From assembly GCA_951406725.2 (NCBI GenBank), contig OX597827.1, positions 42,222,001-42,286,000 of the forward strand: DNA of 64,000 bases. The letters run 5' to 3'. Source of the DNA: Octopus vulgaris (taxonomy: Eukaryota). A program made the position numbers and the translations under genes. Of this stretch, positions 17,450 to 32,583 are shown in pieces. Within the stretch, counting starts at the first letter, position 1. Every line of letters begins with the position of its first letter. Under the pieces are notes generated by a model that saw only the letters and a list, made by a program, of their open reading frames with translations, had not been told where the DNA came from and made no database searches.

Positions 17450-18580
17450 GGTTATATATAATACACAGGGATTACCAACGATGGAGCCTCGTTTTGGTCG
17501 ATCAATCGACCATGCACGTCAGAGCGTTGAAAAATAATAGAATTGCTCTAAGCAGATTGTTGTGTGTTATGTATTATGCATTAGGTTGGAGATTCTCCTC
17601 GAAAATTCCCTTGGGAGAATTCGGCATGTGTTTGTCACTTAGATTTGCTTCGTTTCTTGTAATTAAGAGGAGCGAAGTGGGGTTTCTTCGCCAAATATTA
17701 TTCCCACAAAAATGGCCGTGCCATATCTAGCACTTCATATAAAATGCATATAGCCTCAAATTTTTAATTTCATATTTGCTTTGAAACGGCTGCAATGCTT
17801 TGCGGGTGCCTATAATGGAACGAGTTGTTGTGTTGGTGGAGGCAACGCTTAAAAACTTGTTCTGTTAATTTTGTTGATCATCCCGCGGAACGTGTGTCTA
17901 TTCGGGCAATGTTTTTCGCTTAAATGGAGGAAAAAATTTGAATAATCCTTTATTTTTTTTTGCAATAATGTTGCATGGTGGGTTATACAATATAACCTTT
18001 CTTTGCTTAGTAATGTAAAGCCACTTCTGGATGATGCTGGTTGAATATTTTATTCTTTCTTATTCGGAGATATGCAATAGACTCTCGGCGTCATAGTCTA
18101 CATACCTACTGAAGGTGGTTTTCGTAGCCCTGGTGGGAAAGAGTACTAATTCATTTATCATTTTGTTCATATTTTCATGTAGGTGTAGTGAAAGTTTAGT
18201 GGGTGGTACGACATGTTGTGTATATAAATGGGACAGTCGCTTAGCGTCTTGAATGGTTTGTATCATTTCGAGTTTCGTGTAAGTGTGACCTACATAGTCA
18301 TTAGATTCTGTTTGAACGCCATCCTCATGCTGGATGTTTTAGCTATTCGTTCCACACGGATAAGACCTTCAAGGATTCGAACCGTATATTATATTCAGCT
18401 TCATTCGTTGCGTCCACTCACAAATCATGTATTATACTCTGACAAAGCAACTTTCAGAGAGCTACTGAGAATTATTGCGAGGTACCATCAACAAGGTATC
18501 GAAATATACCTAAATCCGATTTCAACAAGGAATATAAGACTCACCAGCGCCAGCTATCGACTGCTCCAAAAACATTAGAA
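17450..18580 (-). pseudogene. Highly degenerate Penelope-like element (RT thumb and linker region)
   Basis: Minus-strand translations VTL..YKPFKTLSDCPIYIHNMSYHP (~18205-18300) and VILYNPPC..FFLHLSEKHCPNRHTFRGMINK (~17870-18000) resemble PLE motifs YKPYRKPN..YIH..SNHP and IIWFNPP..FL.LIDKHFP. Confidence 0.6.
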
Positions 18581-18922
18581 AGAAGAAATGTTATACGGTT
18601 CAACCTTCCATGCAACAACGCATAACACCCCATACAATATCAATGCTGTACAGTGACAGATTGTAGGATAGCTTGATATGTAGATATAGCTAGACGGGTA
18701 TAGATGGATAAATAGATGCAGGTACATAAAGAGAGAATAGAGAGAATGAAGGAAAGAGAGCGGGTAATATGTGGGTTTCATTTTGTAGTCGGTAGCGTCA
18801 CTCTATCTAATGTTTATTTGTCTGTATTTTTTGCTGTATTACTACACAATTAAACAATTATGATGTTTACACTATTGGTTACGAGTGAATACACACATAT
18901 GTAGACATAGTGTACAGCAATC

Positions 18923-18959
<37 letters not shown>

Positions 18960-18971
18960 TGTGTATGTATG

Positions 18972-19012
<41 letters not shown>

Positions 19013-19156
19013 GTGTGTGTGTGTGTGTGTGTGCATGTATGTGAGTATACATTGTATTCATGCACACATTTATATGTGTATATGTATGTGAAGATGGGTG
19101 TAGAAAATACAAAATATGTGTGTGTGTGTTTGTATAATCATAATAATAATAATAAC

Positions 19157-19217
<61 letters not shown>

Positions 19218-19284
19218 TACATTATATATATACTTGCATACAGGCATACATGCATACATATATATATATGTGTGTGTGTATATG

Positions 19285-19317
<33 letters not shown>

Positions 19318-19332
19318 GTATATATATATATG

Positions 19333-19410
<78 letters not shown>

Positions 19411-19436
19411 CATATGAAATTCTGTTTTGCGTTCAG

Positions 19437-19519
19437 TGTATTCCTACAACGGAAATTACCAATATCAAACAGAGTTGGTAGATTCCAACACCAGTGAACA
19501 TCAAAGGAATACACCGCAG
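19437..19519 (+). CDS. Candidate isolated 83 nt host-gene exon (product unknown)
   Basis: Acceptor TTCTGTTTTGCGTTCAG, donor CAG|GTAAGA, one open frame ([27 protein letters not shown]), unique island between microsatellites; no homology recognised. Confidence 0.3.
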
Positions 19520-19627
19520 GTAAGAAGGCAGTCATTGAAATGTGAGACGAAAGTATGTTGTTTCATCTGCACTCCATATAATCTCTCTATATAATCACCA
19601 TATTTACTGTATTGTTTCCAGTCTCCT

Positions 19628-19663
<36 letters not shown>

Positions 19664-19798
19664 TGCTGTCTATGTCACTCTGCAATATCTCTCTCTCTTT
19701 CTCTCTATCACTGCCTCACTTCCTCTCTCCCTCTCTGTATCTATCTCTGTTTTACTATGGCTCTCTCTCTCTCTTTCAATGCGTGTATACGTAAATAC

Positions 19799-19935
<137 letters not shown>

Positions 19936-20069
19936 ATAGGTAGGTAAGTAGATAGAAAGATAGGTAGATAGATAGCTAGCTTGATAGATAGATAGATGTG
20001 TGTGTATATCCATACACACATACATTTATACATATATACCTACATATATATGTACGTGTGTTTATATTT

Positions 20070-20090
20070 AACCCATTTCTCCCTTTTATT

Positions 20091-20121
<31 letters not shown>

Positions 20122-20884
20122 GCGTTTCTCATTCTTTCTCTTTTACTATCTCGCCTCCTCCCTCCCTCACTCACTCACTCACTCACTCGCTCACTCGCTC
20201 ACTCATTCTCTCTTTATCTCTCTCCTTCTCCTTCTTCTTCATCTCTCACCCTTTTCCCTGTTTGTTCTGTCCACATGTTCATCTCTAATCCTTTCCGTCT
20301 GTCTTTCTGCTACTCTCTTTCTGTCGCTCATTCTCTCAAACTCTCTCTGCGTCCCTTGCTCCTTCTCACACCCAACAGTTTGGCTTCTTGCTCCTGTTTC
20401 TCTCCTTGACTCTGTCTGTCTGTCTGTCTGTCTCCTTTTTCTTTATTTATTTCCTTCTTTCTTTCTTTCTTTCTTTCTTTCTCTCTCTCTCTTTCCTTCT
20501 TTCTCCTTCCTCCTCTTTTTTCTCGCCCCCTCTCTCTCTGTCCTTCCCTACTTTCTGTTCTCTCACTTTTCCCGTTTCTCCATCTGCTTCTCTCTGTCTT
20601 TATCTCGCCCTAATTTCTCTCTTTCTCTCTCTCTCTCTCTCTTTCTGTCTGTTAGTCTCTCACTTCCTATCCTTCTAGTCCCCTCTCTCTCCTTCTGTTT
20701 CTCTATTTCTTTGCCTGCCCTTTCTCTCATTCACTTCCTCTCTCCGTCTCTCTTTCTCTCTCTCTCTTTTCTCTCTCTCTCCCCATGTTTCTCTCTCTGT
20801 CTCTCTCCATGTCTCTCTCTCTTTGTCTCTCCCTCTTTCTCTCACCATGTCTCTTCTCTCTCTCTTTCTCTCACCGTGTCTGTC

Positions 20885-20921
<37 letters not shown>

Positions 20922-21105
20922 ATCCTTCTGTTCCTGTGTATTTTTGTCTGCCCACTCTCTCTGTCTCACACACACTTCCTGTCCATCTCTCCCCCTCTCT
21001 CTCACACACTTCCTGTCTATCTATCTCCCCTCTCTCTCTCTCTCTCTTACACTTCCTGTCTATCTCTCTCCCTCTCTCTCTCCCTATCTCTCTCTCATTC
21101 TCTCC
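20070..21105. repeat. ~1 kb polypyrimidine (CT-rich) low-complexity tract
   Basis: Directly visible; ~40 bp CACACTTCCTGTC units x3 at 20960-21085. Confidence 0.9.
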
Positions 21106-21462
21106 ATTGTGAAAATATCCCACTGTCAATCAACTCAATCGGTTTTCTATAGCAAAGATGGCCACCAGCCTTATGTCTTCCTGCTGACAATTGTGAACGG
21201 AGTGGTATAACAAGATACACTTATTATAAAGAGACTTATTATAAAGTCAGGTATTTTCAATCTACAGCAAAAAGCTTCGTAGTCCTCCATGTTGCAGATG
21301 TTATTACTGCTGCTGTTGTTGTTGTTGCTGTTGCACTTGTTCTTGTTTTCTCAATAATAAATCCTGAACAAACAGACCTGTGATCCAAAACTACTCGTTT
21401 GCATTTTTTTCTTGTTTTGTTTTGTTTTGTATTCACGTGACTATATAAATATATATATAGTT

Positions 21463-21965
21463 GCAGGTGTGGCTGCGTGGTAAAGTGTTTGATTCCCAAT
21501 CACGTGGTTCCAGGTTCACGTCCCACTGCGTGGCATCTTGGGTCACTGTCTTCTTCTATAGCATGGGGCCGACCAAAGCTTTGTGAGTGGATATGATAGA
21601 CGGAAACTGAAAAAAGCCCGTCATATATATATATATTTATTGAAATGGATAAATGAATTATCTTGTTACGGATTATTCAAATTATAACCGATACCTGGGT
21701 AGCATGTGTTTGTGTGTGTGTGTATGTGTGTATGTGTGTATGTGTGTGTGTGTGTGTGTCTTTGTGTCTGTGTTTGTCCTCCATCACCGCTTGACAACCG
21801 TTGTCGGTGAGCTTATGTGCCTGTAACCTAGCTGATCGCCAAAAGAGACTGATAGAACCAGTACCAGCTTTAAATAAAATAAGCACTTGGGTTAATTCAT
21901 CCGAGTAAAAATTCTTCAAGACAGTGCTCCACCATGGCCGCAATCTAAAAGGCATAAGATACAAC
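21463..21965 (+). mobile_element. SINE family A, diverged, with an internal insertion
   Basis: Head GGTGTGGCTGCGTGGTAA; 3' half after the (TG)n tract. Confidence 0.8.
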
Positions 21966-22117
21966 AAAGTAAAGATGAAAATAAAAAAGTTATAAAAGTA
22001 GAAGATAATAAAAAAAAAAGTAACACCTGTAATATATTAAGTTGTTCTTGGAATAATGCAGGGGGAAGGGCTCTATGTAGTCCCCTGATCTTGAAGAAAT
22101 AGCAGCCAAGTCTCCTT
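21745..22117 (+). repeat. Left arm of a near-perfect ~375 bp inverted duplication (partner 23413-23787)
   Basis: SINE A 3' half plus ~150 bp of flank; about 7 substitutions versus the partner by eye. Confidence 0.95.
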
Positions 22118-22159
22118 CAAATTAAATGTTAGAGTCTTGGAAAATAGGGAGGTTTCATA

Positions 22160-23244
22160 ACTCAGCTTGACACAGATTGACTTTGAACTGTGGTGTGTAT
22201 GCCCACTAACCTTTGAAGTTCTAGCTCAGTTTCGTTGTTTACAGCAGTGCTTGGAAGGAAAGTGTGTAGCGTGTGATCATCGCATTGACCATGACAGAGA
22301 AAGTTGTCATGGCGATACCTGCTCAGAAGCCAATGCAAAGTTGCAGAAAGTGTTTGGAGAGGAGTGTATGAATTGCACACAAGTGTACAGGTGGTTTAGT
22401 TGTTTCCAAGAAGGCGGCGAGCTGGCAGAAACGTTAGCACGCCGGATGAAATGCTTAGCGGTATTTCGCCTGTCGTTACGTTGTGAGTTCAAATTCCGCC
22501 GAGGTTGACTTTGCCTTTCATCCTTTCGGGGTCGATTAATTAAGTTCCAGTTACGCACTGGGGTCGATGTAATCGACTTAATACCTATGTCTGTCCTTGT
22601 TTGTCCCCTCTATGTTTAGCCCCTTGTGGGTAATAAAGAAATAGGTTTAGTTGTTTCCAAGATGGCCGAAAAATGTCGATATTGCAGAACGTTCTAGGAG
22701 ACCCGCAACCAGAAGCACTAAGAAAAACATCGCTAATGTGTGTGCAGCTGTGAAAGGAAATCGTCGAATCACCAACCGTGAGATATCAGAGGATGTGCAG
22801 ATCAGTTACGGCTCAATTCAGTCCATTATCACTGAAGATTTGGGTATGAGACGCGTGTCTGCCAAGTTTGTGCCAAAACTGCTTTCAGTTGGCCAAAAGG
22901 ACACTCGAGTTTCAGTTGCACAAATCTCCTTGATTGTGTCGAGAACAATGACAAATTTTTGAAAGCTTTGCATAGGCCACTGAGTAGGTATCTCCAAGCT
23001 TTTGGAAAAAAAATTGCTGCAGATTCTCTGCTCAAATTTCTCTCTCATGCTCAATGCTACGATCACACGTCATACACCTTCATTCCAAGCACTACTGGAA
23101 ACAGAGAAAGTGAGCTGGAACGTTAAAACTCAGTGCACCTGCATAGCAGAGTTCAAGGTCAATCTTTGCCAAGCGGCTTCACTCGGCATGCTTTAGCTTC
23201 GTTACTATGGCAGCCGTCCAGATACTTATTGATCAGAACACGTA
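22160..23244. mobile_element. Fold-back mariner derivative: 5' transposase part on + (22160-22955) joined to a second 5' end on - (22955-23244)
   Basis: + translation GDTCSEANAKLQKVFGEEC..QVYRWF..RRPA..NRRITNREI..DLGMRRVSAKFVPKLL; - translation MREKFEQRIC..; TIR-like TACGTGTTCTGATCAATAAGTATCTGGAC at the right end. Confidence 0.8.
22412..22643 (+). mobile_element. SINE family B inserted into the mariner transposase
   Basis: Perfect 19 bp direct repeat GGTTTAGTTGTTTCCAAGA at 22393-22411 and 22644-22662. Confidence 0.93.
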
Positions 23245-23412
23245 TTCTTGCATTCTTTGATGTTTTAAATGTGTTCCATCACCGTTCCCACTAGAACAAA
23301 AATCACATGTGATTTTAATTCTGGGGTGCGGATATAGAACATATAGTCTTGATGTAAGCAATTTTTGAATGAGCTCTCTGACGTCCCTATAATATAACAT
23401 ATAATAGCTACC

Positions 23413-23787
23413 AAGGAGACTTGGCTGCTATTTCTTCAAGATCAGGAGACTACATAGAGCCCTTCCCCCTGCATTATTCAAAGAACAACTTAATATATTA
23501 CAGGTGTTATTTTTTTTATTATCTTCTACTTTTTTAACTTTTTTATTTTCATCTTTACTTTGTTGTATCTTATGTCTTTTAGATTGCGGCCATGGTGGAG
23601 CACTGTCTTGAAGAATTTTTACTCGGATGAATTGACCCAAGTGCTTATTTTATTTAAAGCTGGTACTGATTCTATCAGTCTCTTTTGGCGATCAGCTAGG
23701 TTACAGGCACATAAGCTCACCGACAACGGTTGTCAAGCGGTGATGGAGGACAAACACAGACACAAAGACACACACACACACACACAT
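23413..23787 (-). repeat. Right arm of the inverted duplication (partner 21745-22117)
   Basis: Begins AAGGAGACTTGGCTGCTATTTCTTCAAGATCAGG; ORFs 21677-21967(-) and 23560-23934(+) translate almost identically. Confidence 0.95.
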
Positions 23788-23858
<71 letters not shown>

Positions 23859-24626
23859 GAAAGTCAGTTCGGATAAAAAAAAAATACCAGTTTTCCCCTC
23901 GAAATTCACCTTTGAAGAATCGGATTTCTATTGACCAGCATATGACCTCATTTCTGACGTGGCCGCATTAAAAATACTTATATATTTGAAACATTTTTTA
24001 TGCTGGGTATCTTCCGTAGACATCCGAAAGCTCACTTCTACGTTATTCTCCATGATAAACAGCTGCTGCAATTTATTAGCACTTGGAAAATGTTTGATGA
24101 TGATAGATAGGAATATATATTACGTTATTATTCACTGCTGCTAACAGTGAATAATGATACGATATAGTAATATCATATGTGTTAATAACAAAAATGAGAG
24201 CGAGTACTAAAATCCATAATGCCGTGAGCAAAATTTGCAATTAATTATAATCACCGTTGAAATTAGAAGAGGAAAACATATAAGCTCCACGACTAATGTT
24301 AATTAAATCTATACAAAGCGAAGAGACAACTCGTAAAAGTTAATTAATTTAAGTTAGAATTACACATACAGTGAGAAAGTGAAAACATTAACTGGAGGAC
24401 AAATATTAATTTTATTTCATCTTTAACAAATAAATTTGCAGCTCCTGGTGTATAACTGGTTGGTCACGTACACGACAGCATGCTAAGTGCAGGATTTGAA
24501 ACACTAACCATTCGGTTGAACCATTCGCTGACATTAGTATCAGTCTAAGACGTCTTTTGGTTAGAGTTAGTACAGATCTGAGCAAGGTTTACTTAGTAGA
24601 CGTCTAGTGTTTAGCGAAACTATCCT

Positions 24627-24836
24627 GGTGAGCTGGCAGAAACGCTAGCATGCCGAGCGAAAAGCTTGAGGGTATTTCGCCCGTGTGAACATTCTAGGCT
24701 CAAATTCCGCCGTGGTCGACTTTACCTTTCATCCTTTTGGGGTCGATAAATTAAGAACCAGTTACGCACTGAGGTCGATGTAATCGACTTAATCCCTTTG
24801 TCTGTCCTTGTTTGTCCCCTCTATGTTTAACCCTAA
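24627..24836 (+). mobile_element. SINE family B with 11 bp TSD
   Basis: GAAACTATCCT at 24616-24626 and 24837-24847. Confidence 0.85.
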
Positions 24837-25971
24837 GAAACTATCCTTTTGTCTCCACGCTACCGATATTATCAAAGAGGAAAACAAGGCCAGAGACTGA
24901 TACAGTTTAACGCTAATGTTATCAAAGTGCGTTGTTGTTAGAACATAGAAAGTGGAACAGTTGCCACAGCGCATTGCATCCGGTGTTCTTACGAATCCTG
25001 TCAACGGATTGGTACTTCTTTTTTTTTTTTTACTAGAACTGAAAGTATGAAAGGCAAAACTGACCTCGACACTATTTCAACACGAAACGCAGCGAGTCCA
25101 TACTAATACCACGAACGTCTAACGTCTCTGCCAGTTCGCTGTCTTGAATAAAGTTTATTCTTGTTTTGACGAAAGAACTCGAAGCGGATAAAGCTATAAA
25201 TAATGGCGTGTAAATATTGGGTTACAAAAAGCATTGGATAGAAAAAGTCCAAAGCTAACCGGGGAACAACAACCTGCATTTTTATGTTGATATGACGGGC
25301 GTTTTACCATTATACCAAAGCATTCCTTTGAATTTCTCCTTCCATTTTAGAAGCTGAGAATTGCATGTTGTTTGTTGTATGAATTGATATATTTTTCCCC
25401 AATCCTGAAAGAATGACAGACAAAGCTGGCCACACACAAATACCCAAACCAACATTGACACGCGCGCGCGTAAGCACGCACCATTTATTTTCGAGGGGCT
25501 GGCATGGCTCTATGCTTAAGAAGCTCGCTTTGCAACTACGTGGTTTCGGTTTCACTTTCACTTTCACTGCGTGCAACCTTGGGCAAGTGTCCGATGCGTG
25601 ACCTAGTGGCTAGAGTGTTGCAGTCACTATAGTGGGTTCGATTCCCTGGCTGGGAGACGCGATGTGTTCCTTAGCAAAAGTCTTCCATTTCACGTTGTTC
25701 CATTCCACTCAGCTGCAAATGTGAAACCTTGCGATGGAATAGTCTTCCGATCGGGGTGAAGGTTGGTCTGCTCGCATAGCTAGCGGGGTGGCATCAATCG
25801 AAAGCTAAAACGATGGCAATCGCGTTGTAACCAGCGATATATCCGATAGTCTGGTCGATATCGTGCTGTATGAATTTGCTTGACAACTGGTTTGAGTTTA
25901 AATTCCTGTAACTTGATTCATAAAAAGAGAACGATAGAATAAGTATTAGATTTAAGATAAGCATTGGGGTC

Positions 25972-26700
25972 AAATGCCTGGATTTTTCTCTTCATGTCAG
26001 CTGTAAGAGCCCTGCTCTTACACCTACACAGAAGGATTGAAGTCACCAGGGACTTGGAGTCACCAGGGACTTGAAGTCACCAGGGACTTGAAGTCCCTGA
26101 TTCTCGTTGGAAAACTCATGGAGTTGTTCTTCCAGATGGGACTTGGTTTCGTCATGGCTACAGAGGCTAAACTGAGTCTTGTTATTACTTTTTGAGATCT
26201 GCAGTCCTTGGTCAAGGTGGATTTAAGTACTTGAAAGTGTCTACTTCGTCAAGCCTTTCTCCACTCAGTATAATGTTGTATACTGTGTTTGCTTTTTTTT
26301 CGGGTTGATCTCCATCTAGTTAGCATGTGGTGTGGAAGTAGAACACCCCTATTTGCTTGGCTCCTAATATACTGTGTCACAATAGGAATGGACTTGCGCA
26401 GAGCGTCGGTGAGCTGTGTAAAGCCGAGAGTTTCGTATTGTCGTGTGTAATTACAAGTATTGTGTATCTTGAATAGAACGATCGCGAGGACGTTAGTTAT
26501 TATTTCGTTATATCGTACGTTCGAATGTGCGATACAGCTCTGCACCTAAAAGTTTTTCCAGTCCGCTGGTGAGCTCCTGTATTTTTTGCTTCACTGAATC
26601 CTAACCGGTCAACATAATCAGCAAATCACAGGAAAGAGTGGTGGAAGTCTTGAAGAGTTTCCTGCATGATATTCGCCAAGATATTCGCCAAAGTACTGGA
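25972..26700 (-). pseudogene. Degenerate RTE-clade LINE reverse-transcriptase fragment
   Basis: Minus translations NIMQETLQDFHH..FADYVD..QELTSGLE, MEINPKKSK, LDEVDTFKYL..AMTKPSPIWKNNSMSFPTRIR.FKSLVTSILL..RKIQAF. Confidence 0.75.
26037..26099. repeat. 17 bp tandem repeat x3.5 (TTGAAGTCACCAGGGAC) inside the RTE relic
   Basis: Directly visible. Confidence 0.9.
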
Positions 26701-26729
26701 GAGAGGAGACTTCATTGTTATTTAATATT

Positions 26730-27170
26730 CTTTTTGTTCTTTTTTTCTTTTGTTTTTCCTTCTCGAGCCAGGTCTGGCTCATAAGGGCCGGTTTCCCGGT
26801 TTCTTTGGCGTATAGGTTCCCCACCTGAACGGGACGCCGGTCCGTCGCGTGTAATACTGTTTGTCGTTGTTTGTTCCTTCTCGAGTCACGCCTGGCTCAT
26901 TAGGGTCGGTTTCCCGGTTTCCTTGGCTTATAGGTTCACCACCTGAACGGGACGCCGGTCCGTCGCAGGTGAGCTGCAAGATGCAGGAGGAAAGAGTGAG
27001 AGAAAGTTGTGGCGGAAGAGTCAGCAGAAGTTCGCCATTACCTTCTGCCGGAGCCGCGTGAAGCTTAGGTGCTTCGCTCATAAACACACACATCGCCCGG
27101 TCTAAGATTCGAACCCGCGATCTCTCGACCGCGAGTCCGCTGCTCTAACCACTAGGCCATGTGCCTCCAC
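26730..27170 (-). mobile_element. SINE family C with a duplicated 3' end
   Basis: TSD TTATTTAATATT at 26718-26729 and 27171-27182; two tandem 3' ends. Confidence 0.88.
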
Positions 27171-27544
27171 TTATTTAATATTAAAACATTTAAATTTTTC
27201 CAAAACGCATAGAAACACAAACACACACACACACACACACACACATACAAACATACACGCCATACACACCATATCCATACACATAAGCACATACATAAAC
27301 ACCCACAGACTATATAAACACCCATGTACACACATCCAGCCATACGTTTCCCACCTGAACATACAAATTTTACACATGTCACCCATCTACTCCGTGTACA
27401 CCCTTGCTACTCCGCTCTCAGAATAGAACAATTAAATACATATGATGACAAAAGGAAACACTTATACACCAGACCATTTCGCAGCACGAACCTTCTCAAA
27501 CATTTTAACCCCTGGATAGATCATCCTTCCTCATGTGCACCATG

Positions 27545-27622
27545 AAGTTAGGTGGATTTGGAGACTTGGTCAAAATAGCCTTGTGCACGGGTTTCATGGA
27601 CGGAAACAGAAAATAGCCCCTC

Positions 27623-27668
<46 letters not shown>

Positions 27669-27920
27669 GTATGTGTGTATGTATATGCATGTATGTTTGT
27701 TTGTATGTATGTGTGCATATGTTTTTGTTTGTCCTCCCTATCACTGCTTAATGACCGGTGCTGGTTTGTCTACATCCGCTTAGCGGTTCCGCACAATAAA
27801 CTGATAGGATAAGTACCAGGATTAAAAGAAGGTACTGGGGGATCGATTCTCACTTCAGAAACCTGTCAAGGCGTTGCCCCAGCATGGCCTGGATCCAATG
27901 ACTGAAACAAGTAAGAGAAA
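27545..27920 (+). mobile_element. SINE family A, 5'-truncated and diverged
   Basis: GGACGGAAACAGAAA..(TG)n..CCAGCATGGCC..ATGACTGAAACAAGTAA. Confidence 0.7.
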
Positions 27921-27957
27921 AATAAAATAAAATAAAATTAAGCAAAAATAAATATAT

Positions 27958-28498
27958 AAGCGTAGGAGTGTCAGTGTGGTAAGTAGCTTGCTTAACAATC
28001 TCATGATTCCGGGTTCAGTCCCACTGCGTGGCACCTTGGTCAAGTATCTTCTACTATAGCTTCGGGCCGACCAAAGACTTGTGAGTGGATTTGGTAGACG
28101 GTAACTGAAAGAAGCCCGTCGTATATATGTATATGTATAAATATATATATATATATATATATAGGGTAAAGGGTAAAGACCCCCTTCGGTCATGAATGAC
28201 CATGGGATTGCACCTAGAAAGTTACCCTCCTAGACACAAGTCCGGGCAAGGTTGTTTATGGAAGGCTAGCAGTCGCCCATGCATACCAGCCTCCCCTCTC
28301 CACGCCACCAGTGTTATCCAAGGGAAAGGCAAAGGGCCCGATACAGCTTGGCACCTGTGACGTCGCAACTCAATTCTACAGCTGAGTGAACTGGAGCAAC
28401 GTGAAATAAAGTGCCTTGCTCGAGAACACAATACGCAGCCCGGTCCGGGATTCGAGCTCACAACCTCACGATCGTAAGCTCGACGCTCTAACCACTGA

Positions 28499-28565
<67 letters not shown>

Positions 28566-28868
28566 TTGTGTGTGTATGTGTGTCTGTGTCTGTGTATGTG
28601 TGTGTGTGTATGTGTGTGTGTATGTATGTGTGTGTGTATGTGTGTGTTTGTGTGTCTGTTTGTCCCCCCCCCCCAACATCGCGTGACAACCGATGCTGGA
28701 GTGTTTACATCCCCGTAACTTAGCGGTTTGGCAAAAGAGACCGATAGAATAAAGTACTAGGCTTACAAAGAATAAGTCCTGGCGTCGATTTGCTCGACTA
28801 AAAAGCGGTGCTCCAGCATGGCCGCAGTAAAATGACTGAAACAAGTAAAAGGGTAAAAGAGTAAAAGA
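27958..28868 (+). mobile_element. SINE family A split by a family D insertion in its internal (TA)n
   Basis: Head 27958-28125; 3' half 28640-28868 ending in GTAAAAGA repeats. Confidence 0.88.
28162..28503 (-). mobile_element. tRNA-derived SINE, family D, nested in (TA)n
   Basis: Minus head ATGGCTCAGTGGTTAGAGCGTCG..TCGAATCCCGG; tail GGGGGTCTTTACCCTTTACCC; (TA)n on both sides. Confidence 0.85.
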
Positions 28869-28966
28869 GCGACCTCATGTGTAGAAAGAACTTTGTGTAC
28901 CGTGCTGACAATGGAAGCAGCAGCAGTAGCAGTAGCAGTAGCAGCAGCAGCAGTAGCAGTAGCAGT

Positions 28967-29001
<35 letters not shown>

Positions 29002-29647
29002 TAGTAGTAGTAAACAGCTTCGTTGATGGTGATGCAAATGATATAGTTCTATGAAAGCTGAAACCTGACTGAAGTGATCACGGCATAAAATAAGTTGAGC
29101 GAAATTAGATGGAAGGGAGATAACCCTAAATTAACTAATTTTACACACGCGTATTCAAGCTGATTTCCTTTATTCCTTTTTACATACTTTCTATCCAGCC
29201 GAATACATACATACATACATATGTATATATATATATATATATTCACATAGTTAAATACGTATCTCTCTTTCTCAACACACACACACACACGCACACACAT
29301 GCATGTGAGAGTGTGGAAGAACTAATGCTGTGTTGTATTACACTTCATTTCAAATATGATATATATATAATATTGATTTCTGTGTGTGTGTAAGAATGAA
29401 GGGGCTGTCACATGACCGTATTTCAATCACATGATTGATTTTGTTTCAAGCGAGAAAGTAACGGTATGTGCGTGCGTATGTCTGTTTGTGCGTGTGTGCG
29501 CACATGTAGTATGTATGAGCGCGCGTCACCGATGTGTGTCGGCGTATTGCATGCGTGGCTATATGTAGACCACAGTCTGATGATGCGCCTGTGTTTGAGT
29601 GTTGTGTGCGTGTCCGTAAATCTACCTGGGTGAATCCCTTTATAAGC

Positions 29648-32126
<2,479 letters not shown>

Positions 32127-32129
<3 letters not shown>

Positions 32130-32226
32130 TAGTTTTATTTTTATAGCGTGCTTTCACTTCACTACCGAGCGCAGCTCTGTGTACCTTGGGTATGTGCTGT
32201 GATTTGTTGTGATGCTCTGATGGTTA
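32127..32226 (-). mobile_element. Probable isolated 3' UTR of another TAA-targeted retroelement
   Basis: ~100 bp unique island between two (TTA)n tracts; the minus strand ends AATAAAACTACTG(AAT)n. Confidence 0.4.
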
Positions 32227-32235
32227 TTTATGATG

Positions 32236-32309
<74 letters not shown>

Positions 32310-32545
32310 CATCATCATCATCATCATTATTAATGATGGAAAGAGCAGTGCACGCCATCAAAGTGACACTGGAGTGCAATTATACGAAGCCCAGTATACC
32401 CATCATGACCACCCGCCTGATAAGGGTACACCAGGCACATGCAGCACAACCACCTGTGCGTCATAGTGATAAACAGTGCATGACTATGCAGTGGGGGGCA
32501 GTTAGAATTTTCTTCAAGTGGATTAGCCCATCCCGCTCTATCATT

Positions 32546-32583
<38 letters not shown>

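Noticed and set aside
27095-27170. tRNA-like sequences here and at 11000, 28440, 45860 and 60335
   Set aside because: They are SINE heads continuing into repeat bodies, with no proper acceptor stem
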